A stretch of 64,000 bases of DNA, from IMG/VR virus record IMGVR_UViG_3300049381_000011, positions 31,942 to 95,941 of that record; one strand, written 5' to 3'. The notes under the pieces were generated by a model. The model was not told the origin of the DNA and did not search any database. It saw only the letters and a list, made by a program, of their open reading frames with translations. This stretch comes from a virus (taxonomy: Duplodnaviria > Caudoviricetes). A program made the position numbers and the translations under genes. Positions 46,004 to 55,405 of this stretch are shown here, piece by piece; within the stretch, counting starts at the first letter, position 1, and each line of letters opens with the position of its first letter.

Positions 46004-46293
46004 TTGTCGACGGCGTGTCGCTGGCAGATCGGGCACAGGACTACCTGGATTTCGCCGACGATGTCGCCGAGCGTGTCGCGGTCGGACACCCTGCGGACCG
46101 GTACGGCGATCGTGTTCGCCGGCCGGCCCGGGCATGGCAGCGTTCCGGGGCAGTACCGGCCGGTGCCGACGATCCGTGATCCGTCAGGGTCAGCGGCGAT
46201 CTGTTCCCCGACGTCGGTCGATTCGGCGAGGTCACGTGCGGCGGCTACCATCTGCTGCTCGCGTGTCAGACCTAGCGGATTACTGCTGGTCAC
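46000..46293 (-). CDS. Small Zn-ribbon protein
   Basis: CPGTLPC...LCPIC. Confidence 0.5.
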   Translation of the reverse strand: MTSSNPLGLTREQQMVAAARDLAESTDVGEQIAADPDGSRIVGTGRYCPGTLPCPGRPANTIAVPVRRVSDRDTLGDIVGEIQVVLCPICQRHAVDK

Positions 46294-46472
46294 AGGCACC
46301 CCCGGCGGTTGTTGGACGGGGTGCGCGGGTATGCCAGAGCAGACGGTCCGCTGGGATAGCGTGCCGTCGACCTGGCTGCTGTGGTTTGCGTTTGCCCCGT
46401 GCCCCACATGTACTGAAAACCACTGTAACCGGCGGTAACGCGAACGCAGGTATGCGTATGTGGTCTATTCGG

Positions 46473-46775
46473 TCAGTTGTTGAGGCGGGGGAGAACCCAC
46501 GGCGGCCGGAACCGCATCGTGCCGAACCCGTCGCGTTCGACCTCGAACTCGATGTGGATGCTGGCCGGGTGGGTGTCCATTTCGATCCGGAACGGTTCGG
46601 GGGCCGCCAGCCCCGCCGGCCCGAACGCGTGGAAGACCCGCTCGGTGGTGGTGTCCAAACCCCTGACGAGACGCATCGGGACAGCCGCCCCGCCCGCGGT
46701 GAGCATCCGGACGGAGAACCCTGCCGGTAGCGGAGCAATGTCGATCGGCGGCATCACGACCTTGATCGGCAGCAT
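46473..46775 (-). CDS. Hypothetical protein
   Basis: Coupled to recombinase-like gene. Confidence 0.5.
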   Translation of the reverse strand: MLPIKVVMPPIDIAPLPAGFSVRMLTAGGAAVPMRLVRGLDTTTERVFHAFGPAGLAAPEPFRIEMDTHPASIHIEFEVERDGFGTMRFRPPWVLPRLNN

Positions 46776-47797
46776 CACGTCTGGTCCTCTCCGGGTGGCA
46801 GCCCGACCGTCAGCGTCGACGTGGGCGCCCACGTGTCCGACGCGCGAATCCAGTCCAGCATCACTGATTTCGACGCCGGCGACAGACCGATTTCGGCGGC
46901 GAGCTCGTCAACGGTCGCCCGCTGCAGCCGGCGGACGCCGGCGCCGCCCAGGCGCAGCGACCGGTACGTGTACCGCTCCGGATCGGCGACCCCGGCACGG
47001 GTGAGCAGACCGACGAGTGCATGACTGAGCCCGCGTTTCGTCATCGCCCCGTCCGGCGGGTCCTGCCCGGCGCGGGCCGGGTCGACGCCGGCGATGTGCC
47101 CGTGCCGGTCCACGGGCCGGATCAGCCTGCCCGACGAGCCGACACCACGACCTGCGAGGAGCGTCGCCCACGACTGGGTCGCCTCGACCGGGCACACCGC
47201 GGGGTGGTGGGCGCCGTCGATCGTCCAATGGCGCATCACCCTGACCTGCCCGTCAGCGGTCACAGCGAGACCGTCCGGGTGGTCGGCGATGTCGCGCAGC
47301 CGCAGGTGGATCAGACCGTCGTTGGTGACCAGGCCGACGTAGGACAGCAGCAGCAGACAGCGGTCACGACGACCCTGCGCCGTCGCCCCGTCCGTCCGCG
47401 ACAGAATCTGGATCGCCGTGTCGAGCGTCAACGCGTCGGTGTGTCTGGGTGTCCAACCCTCCTCGCGGCGACTAGCCTCGTGAGCACGCAGCAGCACCAT
47501 CGCGTGGTGACCGTCGGGAACCGGTTGACCATGCTTGCGATGCCAGGACCGAATCCCCCGCACAATTTTGCGGATCGTGTCCGGCGCCCGGTCCAGCTGC
47601 GCGAGGTGTAGGACGTACTCGGCGAGCGTGGTGGAGGTGCACGGCATGACGGTTCGGCCCTCAGGCTCACACCACGCCTTGAAGTCGGCCCAGATCGCCA
47701 TGTACGTGTCCTCGGTGGACTGTGACCACGGCTTTCCGCTGGTACGCGTGTCGAAGCCCGCCTCGAACGCGGCGCGTAACTTCTCTTCGTCGCTCAC
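46775..47797 (-). CDS. Tyrosine-recombinase-like protein lacking most catalytic residues
   Basis: SAM-like N-domain (WADFKAWC...TLAEYV), RDRCLLLL, CPVEA, RSLRLGG. Confidence 0.75.
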   Translation of the reverse strand: MSDEEKLRAAFEAGFDTRTSGKPWSQSTEDTYMAIWADFKAWCEPEGRTVMPCTSTTLAEYVLHLAQLDRAPDTIRKIVRGIRSWHRKHGQPVPDGHHAMVLLRAHEASRREEGWTPRHTDALTLDTAIQILSRTDGATAQGRRDRCLLLLSYVGLVTNDGLIHLRLRDIADHPDGLAVTADGQVRVMRHWTIDGAHHPAVCPVEATQSWATLLAGRGVGSSGRLIRPVDRHGHIAGVDPARAGQDPPDGAMTKRGLSHALVGLLTRAGVADPERYTYRSLRLGGAGVRRLQRATVDELAAEIGLSPASKSVMLDWIRASDTWAPTSTLTVGLPPGEDQT

Positions 47798-47821
47798 CTG
47801 ACACCCCCTGCCGTAGGACAG

Positions 47822-47857
47822 TCTAGCGCCATTGAAGGATGATTCTTTGGCGCTAGA
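47822..47857. promoter_or_regulatory. 10-bp inverted repeat upstream of recombinase-like gene
   Basis: tctagcgcca-N16-tggcgctaga. Confidence 0.55.
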
Positions 47858-47994
47858 TTTCCGGCCTGCAAGACCGGCGTGTTCACGGTGAGTGGTCGAA
47901 CCTTCAAGCTTTGATCTTGACCTGGGCCATACGGCATCGGCGAGAGAAGGCCTACTCATCGCCGAACTCGCTGCGGCCGCTGACTGGGGTCAAC

Positions 47995-48300
47995 CTAGCT
48001 AGGTATGGCAGCGTTGATGCGGCGCTGGTGCTCGACCCCGGCGCGGATCTCTGTGACCAGATCGCCGGCGAACGGCTCAGGGATGTCCGTCGACAGCCAG
48101 TCTTCTTCGCGGTCGACGGCTTTGATGAGCCCGTTGCCGAACAGGTACGCGAGCGCGGCCTGCAGCAGCAGAGCGTCGGGGGTGGCCGGGGTGCACGCGG
48201 CCAGCTCGGCACGGTGGTCGCTCGTGAAGCCGAGAGTGCCCAGGACCGCCGCGTACACGGCGTCGTTGATCGCGGTTCGGGTCTGCTCGATGTCGATCAC
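47995..48300 (-). CDS. Hypothetical protein
   Basis: GGGAGG RBS. Confidence 0.55.
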   Translation of the reverse strand: MIDIEQTRTAINDAVYAAVLGTLGFTSDHRAELAACTPATPDALLLQAALAYLFGNGLIKAVDREEDWLSTDIPEPFAGDLVTEIRAGVEHQRRINAAIPS

Positions 48301-48478
48301 GGTGGGCCTCCCTGCCGCTGGCGGTTTGGGGCTGTATGACCTTACTAGTAGACGCGCTGGGACAGGGGTAGGCGGTTGCAGCCGTGACCTCGTTCGCAGC
48401 GGTAGCGCCAGCGGAACCATCCGAGGACGGTGGGGACGTGGCGGACGCGCCAGGTTGATCCGCAGCGTTCGCAGGCGT

Positions 48479-48841
48479 TCATGGTGCGGGCCTTGTCCGG
48501 GGGCAGGCTGGTGTGCCTGCCCCCGGATGCGTCCGGCAGTGCGCCCCGTGGCTATCCACACCGTCGGAGTGGGTCGTGCCGGACAGTCGGCGTTCTGGCT
48601 GGGTTCGGGTTGTCCAGGCCAGATAGCGGTTGTGCAGGATACCCGTTGGTGGCCAGGGTTCGCCGATTTCGGTGAGTGCGTCAGCGTAAACGCGCACCAT
48701 GATCCGCAAAAGGTCTTTGCGGATCGGATGTTGATCGAGTAGTTCCGTTCGGGCTGGTTCGCATGGCCATTCGGCGGCGCAGATCGTGCAGTCGCCGTAT
48801 GGGCTGGCGTAGCTGTGGGCTATCGCGAGTTTCATGGTCAC
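48479..48841 (-). CDS. Small Zn-binding protein divergent from XRE regulator
   Basis: H...CTIC..EWPC..AR.ELL. Confidence 0.55.
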   Translation of the reverse strand: MTMKLAIAHSYASPYGDCTICAAEWPCEPARTELLDQHPIRKDLLRIMVRVYADALTEIGEPWPPTGILHNRYLAWTTRTQPERRLSGTTHSDGVDSHGAHCRTHPGAGTPACPRTRPAP

Positions 48842-49049
48842 CTGCCCTGGTCGGGGCGGGCGACGGCACAGATTTCGGGGTCATGTGCCGTCGCCCGGGT
48901 CGCTCGTCCTACACCGTGGACGTCCGTAGCCTCGGTATTTGCGCGGTGTAGTTAGGCGTTGTCTCACCGTAGGCGGATGGCATGGCGCGAGTGGTGCCAT
49001 CTGTCACCGGCAGTTCTACTGTGGTTGGTGGAGCGAGAGGAAGTGCGCG

Positions 49050-50246
49050 ATGCCACGACTAGACAGCGATCTTGATAGGACGCCCGGGGACGCGATCCGG
49101 GCCCGACGGCAGCAGCGCGGCTGGTCAATCCGCCATGCCGCGTCACGCGCCGGAATCGACCACAGCACGTGGTCGCGGATCGAACGCGGCGAACGCGGCA
49201 CCGACAACCGGATCATGCTCGCGAAGATCGGGCAGGCACTGGAATGCGCGGTGACGGATCTGACCGGCACGCCGTTCGTGGCCGCCGGCGACGACGCCGA
49301 CGCCGCGGTGTACCGGACGATGACGGCGCTGATCGAGTCCGACCTCGACTACCCGTCGGATCGGGAGGTCCTGCCGGTCGACGTGCTGCAGCGCGAGCTC
49401 GATCTGATCGTCGCGCTGCGGCTGCGGTGTGACTACGCCGGCGCGGTCGCCCGGCTGCCTGACCTGATCCGGGGCGCGCACGCCGCGGCCGCCGGTCCGG
49501 AGCGCGCCCAGGCGCTGCGGCTGATGTGCCTGGCGACGGAGTCGGCCGGGTTCATCGTCCGCTACCTGGGCCATCCGACGTCGGCGGCGCAGATCACCGA
49601 CCGGACCCGGCAGGCCGCGGTCGTGTCCGAGGATCCGGTCATGCTCGGCCTGGCGGCGTGGGCGCAGTCGCACTCGGCGACGTCGTGTGGCCTGTACGCG
49701 CGGGCGGGGCAGATCGCGGAGCGTGGGATCCGGGATCTGATCGGGCACACCGACCTGCCGGAGTCGCTGGAGATGCTCGGCCAGCTGCACATGCTGACCG
49801 GCTTCTCCAGGTATGCGCTCGGCGACCAGGGCGGCGCGGCCGCGGCGGTCGCCGAGGCGCAGCAGCTGGCGGCGCACACCGGTCAGTCGGCGGCGCTGGG
49901 CCTGAATTTCGGGCCGACGAACATCCAGTTTTGGCAGATCAGCATGGAGGCTGACGGGCCGGAGCCGGAACGGGCGGTGCGGATGGCCCGGTCGATCAAC
50001 CCTGCTGAGGTGCCGGTGACGTCACGGCAGACGTCGTTTTGGTTGGACATGGCCCGGGCGTACGCGAACACGAAGCAGGATGCGCAGGCGCTGACCGCGT
50101 TGCTGACGGCTGAGCGGCTGGGTCCGCAGCGCGTGCGTCGCTCCCCCATCGCGATGGAGACCCTCCGGGCGCTCCTTGAGCGCACCCGGCGCAACGCGGT
50201 GTCGCCGGCGCTACGCGGCCTGTGTGAACGGGTCGGTGTCCAGTGA
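49050..50246 (+). CDS. XRE-family regulator with helical C-terminal domain
   Basis: IRARRQQRGWSIRHAASRAGIDHSTWSRIERGER; FGPTNI. Confidence 0.85.
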   Translation: MPRLDSDLDRTPGDAIRARRQQRGWSIRHAASRAGIDHSTWSRIERGERGTDNRIMLAKIGQALECAVTDLTGTPFVAAGDDADAAVYRTMTALIESDLDYPSDREVLPVDVLQRELDLIVALRLRCDYAGAVARLPDLIRGAHAAAAGPERAQALRLMCLATESAGFIVRYLGHPTSAAQITDRTRQAAVVSEDPVMLGLAAWAQSHSATSCGLYARAGQIAERGIRDLIGHTDLPESLEMLGQLHMLTGFSRYALGDQGGAAAAVAEAQQLAAHTGQSAALGLNFGPTNIQFWQISMEADGPEPERAVRMARSINPAEVPVTSRQTSFWLDMARAYANTKQDAQALTALLTAERLGPQRVRRSPIAMETLRALLERTRRNAVSPALRGLCERVGVQ

Positions 50247-50387
50247 CCAGCCCGTAGCCCGCCACCTGGTCTTGATACGGTGGCGTTCTCACTACCCATG
50301 AGGACGATCTCGGTCACGACGGAGCCCCACCTGCAGCTGCGCGGGTGGGGCTTTCCCGTGGCCACGACCAGGGCGGACGGCGGGCGG

Positions 50388-50786
50388 CTATGACAGGTCG
50401 ATGATGTGGTAGCTGTCCAGGAGCGCGGTCGCCGGCGCCGGCAGGGTGGTGGCCAGTACGGCGTTGTGCCGGCACGCCTCGTGGACCGCGTGGGCCAGGC
50501 CTGCGTCGCTTTTGACCCGGTCGGCGAGCTGCAGCACGGTGACGACGTCAGCGGCGAGCAGCGGCAGCACCTCGACGGGGCTGTCGGGCTCGTCGAGGAG
50601 CTCCCGCAGGCGTCCGCTTTCCTCCGTGGACAGGTTCGGCCACACGTCGGCGATGACCAGCGCGGGCAGGCCGGTGACGCCGCCGGACTCGGCGACGGTG
50701 CCGATGAGCTCACCGGCGGCGACGCCGTCAAGCTCCAGATAGGCGTGCAGCGCGAACGCGTCGAAGACGACCCGGACGTGGCTCAT
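50388..50786 (-). CDS. PIN-like (VapC-like) toxin
   Basis: VVFDAFAL...PALVIADV...AHAV...VLAT; coupled to antitoxin. Confidence 0.55.
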   Translation of the reverse strand: MSHVRVVFDAFALHAYLELDGVAAGELIGTVAESGGVTGLPALVIADVWPNLSTEESGRLRELLDEPDSPVEVLPLLAADVVTVLQLADRVKSDAGLAHAVHEACRHNAVLATTLPAPATALLDSYHIIDLS

Positions 50787-51037
50787 GCTGCCTGCTGGGT
50801 GGTGTGACGCCGGCGCTGGTCCTCGATGGCGGCAAGCCGCTCCCCCATGGCGTCCATACCTTCGGTGGTGATGGCCTGGTCGTCGGTGTAGCCCTGCCGG
50901 GCGAACAGGTCGGCGAGCTGGGCGCGGCGGCGGTCGGCGGCGATGAGGCTGGCGAGGTAGGCGGACGCGTTGCCTTTGCTGCGCGCGTATTCGGCGAGGT
51001 CGGTGGGGAGGCTGATGGACGTCTTATCGCTGGTCAT
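50783..51037 (-). CDS. Ribbon-helix-helix antitoxin
   Basis: KTSISLPTDLAEYAR..GNASAYL. Confidence 0.6.
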   Translation of the reverse strand: MTSDKTSISLPTDLAEYARSKGNASAYLASLIAADRRRAQLADLFARQGYTDDQAITTEGMDAMGERLAAIEDQRRRHTTQQAA

Positions 51038-51107
51038 ACCAGCTATCATATATTGGTAGTATAGATCAACATAGTGTTGTGGCGATCGCCGATTCGAGGA
51101 GTCCCGT

Positions 51108-51548
51108 GTGGCAGTCCAGGTGAAATGGCCAGAGCACGCCGAGTTTTTCACCCGATGGTTCGACCCGCTGCAGGCGGCCGCGGGCTTGAAGGACTCCGAG
51201 ATCGCCCGACGGGCCCTCATGAGCCATTCAACGATCAGCGGGTGGCGCTCCGGCCGGCAGCAGCCCACCGCGTACCGGATCGCCGCGGTCGCGGCGGTGT
51301 TCGACCGGCCGGCGACGGAAGCCTGGGCCGCCGCCGGCATCCGCGTCGACGCCGACAATGAGGTCGTCCGAGAGCACGGGCCGGTCGAAACGGTGGAGAG
51401 GATCCGGGCCGCAGGCCTGTCGCCGGCGCTCACCGCGATCCTGGTCGACCAGTACCTGGACGACGTGCTGCGGTCGCGGCTGGCCGTCGAGCGGCGCCTG
51501 CAGGAGAAGCTCGACCTGCTCGGCGCTGCTTCACCAGCCGGGCGTTAG
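51108..51548 (+). CDS. XRE-family HTH regulator
   Basis: SEIARRALMSHSTISGWRSGRQQP. Confidence 0.75.
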   Translation: MAVQVKWPEHAEFFTRWFDPLQAAAGLKDSEIARRALMSHSTISGWRSGRQQPTAYRIAAVAAVFDRPATEAWAAAGIRVDADNEVVREHGPVETVERIRAAGLSPALTAILVDQYLDDVLRSRLAVERRLQEKLDLLGAASPAGR

Positions 51549-51582
51549 CGCTGCGCGCTCTGTCGCGCACGTGACACGGCCT

Positions 51583-51625
51583 ATCTGTACAGATGGCTCG
51601 ACACCGTCCTGTACAGACTGTACAG
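51583..51625. promoter_or_regulatory. Three CTGTACAG palindromes (Phd/YefM-type operator)
   Basis: Copies at 51585, 51609 and 51618. Confidence 0.7.
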
Positions 51626-51633
51626 TTTGGGGT

Positions 51634-52215
51634 GTGACTGAATCCCGCTACAGCATCCAGGACGCACGGGCCAGCTTCGCCGAAATCATCGACGACGCGC
51701 AGCACCACGGCCGCTCGACCACCATCACCCGACGCGGTAAGGCGGCCGCCCGGATCATCCCGGCCACCGCACATTCCGCGGCCGCGCCGCTGGCCATGAC
51801 CGCCAGCCGCATCCGTGACCTCGTCCAGGCCGAACTCGCCGACATCAACGGGCGGATGGCCCTCCCGATCCCGGACCGCGCCCAGGGTTCGACCGTGCGG
51901 TTCCTGTCCGTTGCTGCCAGCCACCACGGGGCCCTCGGTCAGGTCGGCTACGAGGTGCTGCCCTGGGCGCAGCTGGCCGACGACATCGGCCCGGATTTCG
52001 AGAAGGACACCGACCCGATCAACGATCTGGACGCCGCCTACATCGTGGAGGTCACGACCCGCGAGCTGGGCGAGGCGCAGTACGACGTGAGCCAGTTCGT
52101 GTGGCCCACTCCGTCCACCGACCACGTCGAACTGATGCGTGCGTCGTCGGCGATCGCCAAGCACGCCGGCCTGGTCCGCTTCATCAACATCCTGACCGGA
52201 GGGGAGCAGCCCTGA
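51634..52215 (+). CDS. Phd/YefM-domain protein with long C-terminal extension
   Basis: SIQDARASFAEIIDDA...TITRRGKAAARIIP. Confidence 0.75.
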   Translation: MTESRYSIQDARASFAEIIDDAQHHGRSTTITRRGKAAARIIPATAHSAAAPLAMTASRIRDLVQAELADINGRMALPIPDRAQGSTVRFLSVAASHHGALGQVGYEVLPWAQLADDIGPDFEKDTDPINDLDAAYIVEVTTRELGEAQYDVSQFVWPTPSTDHVELMRASSAIAKHAGLVRFINILTGGEQP

Positions 52216-52310
52216 ACTACGACGAGTACAACCAGTTCAGGTGGCCGGTCCCAGGCACCAGCAATGCCCCGGACCGGTTCGATCACCCTACCGAGAGGAC
52301 CAGCGACATC

Positions 52311-52922
52311 ATGCGGACCAGCGTGCCCAGCAACGACATCGAACTTCCCCCGAGCACTCACGTCACCACGCTTACCGGGATCGACGTAGTCACCGGGGAG
52401 GACCTCTCCTACACCGTGGTGTGGGCTGACCGGCCTTACCATGACTGCCCGCGCTGCTATGAGCCCGTCGGTGAGACCGTTGACGGCTGCCCTGCCTACC
52501 TGAACACTGGCGCGGGTGCCGGCGGCACGCTGCAGGACCAGAGTCCTCAGCACGGCTGTGGGCTGCGGCTGGCCGTGGACTGGACTCATGTCGAGCCGGC
52601 CAGCGATGAAGCTGTCCTCGGGGCCGCCGAAGAACTCGCCCAGCGGCGAACCGGCGCGGTCGACGATCGGATGAAGGCGATCGAGCAGGAGCTGCGTACG
52701 CAGCTGGCCGCAGCGCTCGCCAGGTTGGCCGAGCCGTTAATGGACGGCGAGACGGTTGACGACCGGGAGTATGAGGTGCGTACGGGTGGCGACGCGACCC
52801 CAGGCATCTACCGCGATTCCGATGGGACATGGCTGGCCTGGGACTACAGCCCTGTTGACGCAGAGACGACCGTGACAGTGTTCGACACCGACCTTGTCGG
52901 AGATTCCAGCGCCGGCTCCTGA
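52311..52922 (+). CDS. Hypothetical protein
   Basis: GAGGA upstream; CPRC; hairpin follows. Confidence 0.6.
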   Translation: MRTSVPSNDIELPPSTHVTTLTGIDVVTGEDLSYTVVWADRPYHDCPRCYEPVGETVDGCPAYLNTGAGAGGTLQDQSPQHGCGLRLAVDWTHVEPASDEAVLGAAEELAQRRTGAVDDRMKAIEQELRTQLAAALARLAEPLMDGETVDDREYEVRTGGDATPGIYRDSDGTWLAWDYSPVDAETTVTVFDTDLVGDSSAGS

Positions 52923-52929
52923 CCCATGC

Positions 52930-52980
52930 GTGGCACGACGAAGCCCCGCGCTCATCTCGAATGAGAGCTGCGGGGCTTCG
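52930..52980 (+). repeat. 51-bp hairpin, direct repeat copy 2 (terminator-like)
   Basis: Matches 34966..35015. Confidence 0.9.
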
Positions 52981-53049
52981 TCATGCGCTGACGATTCGCT
53001 TCCGGCCCGGCTCGTTGACCCGGCAGACCGTCAAGGAAATCCTTGACGG

Positions 53050-53730
53050 ATGGATTCAGACCTCCGAACACGTGCCGTCGCGGCCGCCGAAACGCTCGCC
53101 AGCGACCGGCTGCAGGCCAGGGATCCAGGGCGTGCCCGGATGCCCGATGACCTGCTAGGACTCGTCGAATACCTGTGCTCGCACAGGGAGCTGGCCGGGT
53201 CGTTCCGCATGGAGGAATTCGATCGCGTGTGGTTGGTGCTCGATTTCGTGGCCGCGGAGGTCGACCGGCTGCGGCTGTCCGCGATCCGGACCGCCCGGGC
53301 CGCCGGGCGGTCGTACGGCAGCATGGCGCCGGCGTTGAACGTCGCCGGTCGGGCTGGTGTCGAGGCTCGGGTGCGGCGTTTGGAGTCGGCTCTCGTCGGC
53401 GGGGCGAAGGACGAGAGGCTGACGCGGGCGCTGCGTGCGCAGGAGGCCACGGTGGAGCGGGCCCGGAGGGAGCGCGGGGACTTGGTCCGGTCGTTGGCCC
53501 TTAACCTCGTCGCGCTGCGGCATCTGCTGCCTGACGTCGACCTGGGCGAGGAGGTCGGCGCCGACGTCGACGACCTGGTCCTCGGTCTGAGGGAGGCACC
53601 CCACGGCGTCGATCCGTCGCCGATGCTCGTCGCGCAGGTCAAACTGATCCTGGCCTGGCTGTCCGGGCAGCCCGTCGACGAGCAGCTGCGCGGCGTCGTC
53701 GACGCCGGCGCGCTGCTGCTGCAGGGGTAG
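53050..53730 (+). CDS. Hypothetical HTH-containing protein
   Basis: ARAAGRSYGSMAPALNV. Confidence 0.55.
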   Translation: MDSDLRTRAVAAAETLASDRLQARDPGRARMPDDLLGLVEYLCSHRELAGSFRMEEFDRVWLVLDFVAAEVDRLRLSAIRTARAAGRSYGSMAPALNVAGRAGVEARVRRLESALVGGAKDERLTRALRAQEATVERARRERGDLVRSLALNLVALRHLLPDVDLGEEVGADVDDLVLGLREAPHGVDPSPMLVAQVKLILAWLSGQPVDEQLRGVVDAGALLLQG

Positions 53731-53741
53731 CATCCTCGATC

Positions 53742-53942
53742 ATGGCCAGGATGGTGTTCGGCGAAGATGTCGACGCGGAGGCTCTGTTCCGGATGGAGCC
53801 GGTCGTCGAGCCGGTGACGGTGGCGTACTACCTGGAAGCGGTGGGCGGCGAGCCGCTGCTCCCGGACGGTGAGGGGCGGATCGATGTCGCCCCGGGTGGT
53901 TTCGTGTACGCCGGCTTGCCGCCAGAGTCAGACGCGGACTAG
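53742..53942 (+). CDS. Small hypothetical protein
   Basis: Short ORF. Confidence 0.4.
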   Translation: MARMVFGEDVDAEALFRMEPVVEPVTVAYYLEAVGGEPLLPDGEGRIDVAPGGFVYAGLPPESDAD

Positions 53943-54910
53943 GCAGGTGCTCCGGGCGCCGGTGTGGTTACCGCGGTGCGGGGGTAGCAGCCGTGCATCG
54001 GCGTAGTCGACGGGTCGACGGGGCAGCGGTTGTCGAGCTGGTGCGTGATGGATGCGCAGAGCGCGGCGCCGTGCTGCAGCCCGTACGTGCGGGGGTAGCG
54101 GGTGAGGATCGCTACCGACCAGCGTCCGTCGACGATGGCGAGGCAGTTGACGTGCCATTCGTCGCCGTGAGGGGTCCAGCCGTTCTTGTAGACGACGTCG
54201 ACATCGGGCAGCGCGTCGACGATGCCGAAGCGGCCCTCCCCGCTGATGTCGTGCATGGTCTGCAGGAGCCAGGGTGTCCAGGCCGGACCGGCGGCGGTGC
54301 CGTCGGCGATGCACACGCCCAGGTGTGCGGCCGCGGTGGCGTCGATCTCGGTGAGTGACCACCAGTGGTGGTGGATGGTGATGTTGTGCAGGCCGCAGGT
54401 TTTGATCATCCGGTCGATGACGAGGTCGTAGCCGCCGGATCCGTAGATGTCCTGGGCTGCGTCGTCGTCACTGTCGATGATCATGGTGCGGATTTGGTCG
54501 AGGCGCCGTTCGGTGACGGTCGGGTGCGAGTGCAGGTAGTCCGCGGCGATCCAGGCTTTGATCATCGACTCGGTTGTGGTTGTCTCGCCGGCGTTGTCCG
54601 ATGAGGCGACCACCTGGCCGGTGTCGACGTCGGCGAGCGCCCACGACACCCAGCCGGCGTCAGCGGGGACGGTGATGGCGGTCGGGGCGGTCAGCGAGTA
54701 TTCGGAGCTGAGCGGGCCCTGCGCGCTGGACCGGGTCGGCGTCGCCGGCGGGAGCACCTCGGTGTCGAGGGACGAGCCGATGAGGATGGTCGGGATGGCG
54801 ATCGCGGCGATGAGTAGGAGAACGACGGCGACCGCGGCCGTCCGGGCTCGGCTGGTGTGGGGGGTGGGCCCGAAGAGCCGCAGCAGCGCTTCGGGCATGG
54901 CGGACCACAT
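53939..54910 (-). CDS. Membrane-anchored serine beta-lactamase/PBP-like hydrolase
   Basis: N-terminal TM; SMIK (SxxK), SDD, KNG; AGGAGG RBS. Confidence 0.75.
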   Translation of the reverse strand: MWSAMPEALLRLFGPTPHTSRARTAAVAVVLLLIAAIAIPTILIGSSLDTEVLPPATPTRSSAQGPLSSEYSLTAPTAITVPADAGWVSWALADVDTGQVVASSDNAGETTTTESMIKAWIAADYLHSHPTVTERRLDQIRTMIIDSDDDAAQDIYGSGGYDLVIDRMIKTCGLHNITIHHHWWSLTEIDATAAAHLGVCIADGTAAGPAWTPWLLQTMHDISGEGRFGIVDALPDVDVVYKNGWTPHGDEWHVNCLAIVDGRWSVAILTRYPRTYGLQHGAALCASITHQLDNRCPVDPSTTPMHGCYPRTAVTTPAPGAPA

Positions 54911-55130
54911 AGTTCCTCCTGGTAGGTCGGGCGCGGGTTCCCTGACGCGCCGGACGTTTCGACCATAGGTCCTAAAAGTGGAGGTTCTGTGCAGCGTCGC
55001 CGCGTCGTGGTGGCGCTGGTTCCCGGATGTGACCGTCCGGTCGGGGCGGCGCACCGACCGGTCAGACCACCTCGGACGCGGGAAGGGCGGACGTCAGATC
55101 TGACGTCCGCCCTTTTCGGTCTTGCCGTTT

Positions 55131-55397
55131 CTAGTCGAGCAGGTCGACCGGCTTCACGTAGATGTCCCAGCCGGCCAGGTCCGCTTTGTACCCCGATCCG
55201 GAGACCAGGGCGTGCATGTTGCTGGCCGCGTCGTTCGGCTGGTACAGGTGCCGGATCTTGACGACTCGGACGAGGAGGGGCCCGTCGGGGGTTTCCAGCC
55301 ACAGTTCGTGGTTGTCGCCGGGCGGCTGGTCGCCGTCCGTGGACCACAGCTCCTTGCCGCCGTCGACGGCGAGGAACCGCAGGGGAAGAAACCGCAT
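55131..55397 (-). CDS. Hypothetical protein
   Basis: Follows traB-like gene. Confidence 0.5.
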   Translation of the reverse strand: MRFLPLRFLAVDGGKELWSTDGDQPPGDNHELWLETPDGPLLVRVVKIRHLYQPNDAASNMHALVSGSGYKADLAGWDIYVKPVDLLD

Positions 55398-55405
55398 GAC
55401 CGGTC

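Noticed and set aside
46775-47797. Functional prophage integrase
   Set aside because: Catalytic residues appear to be missing.
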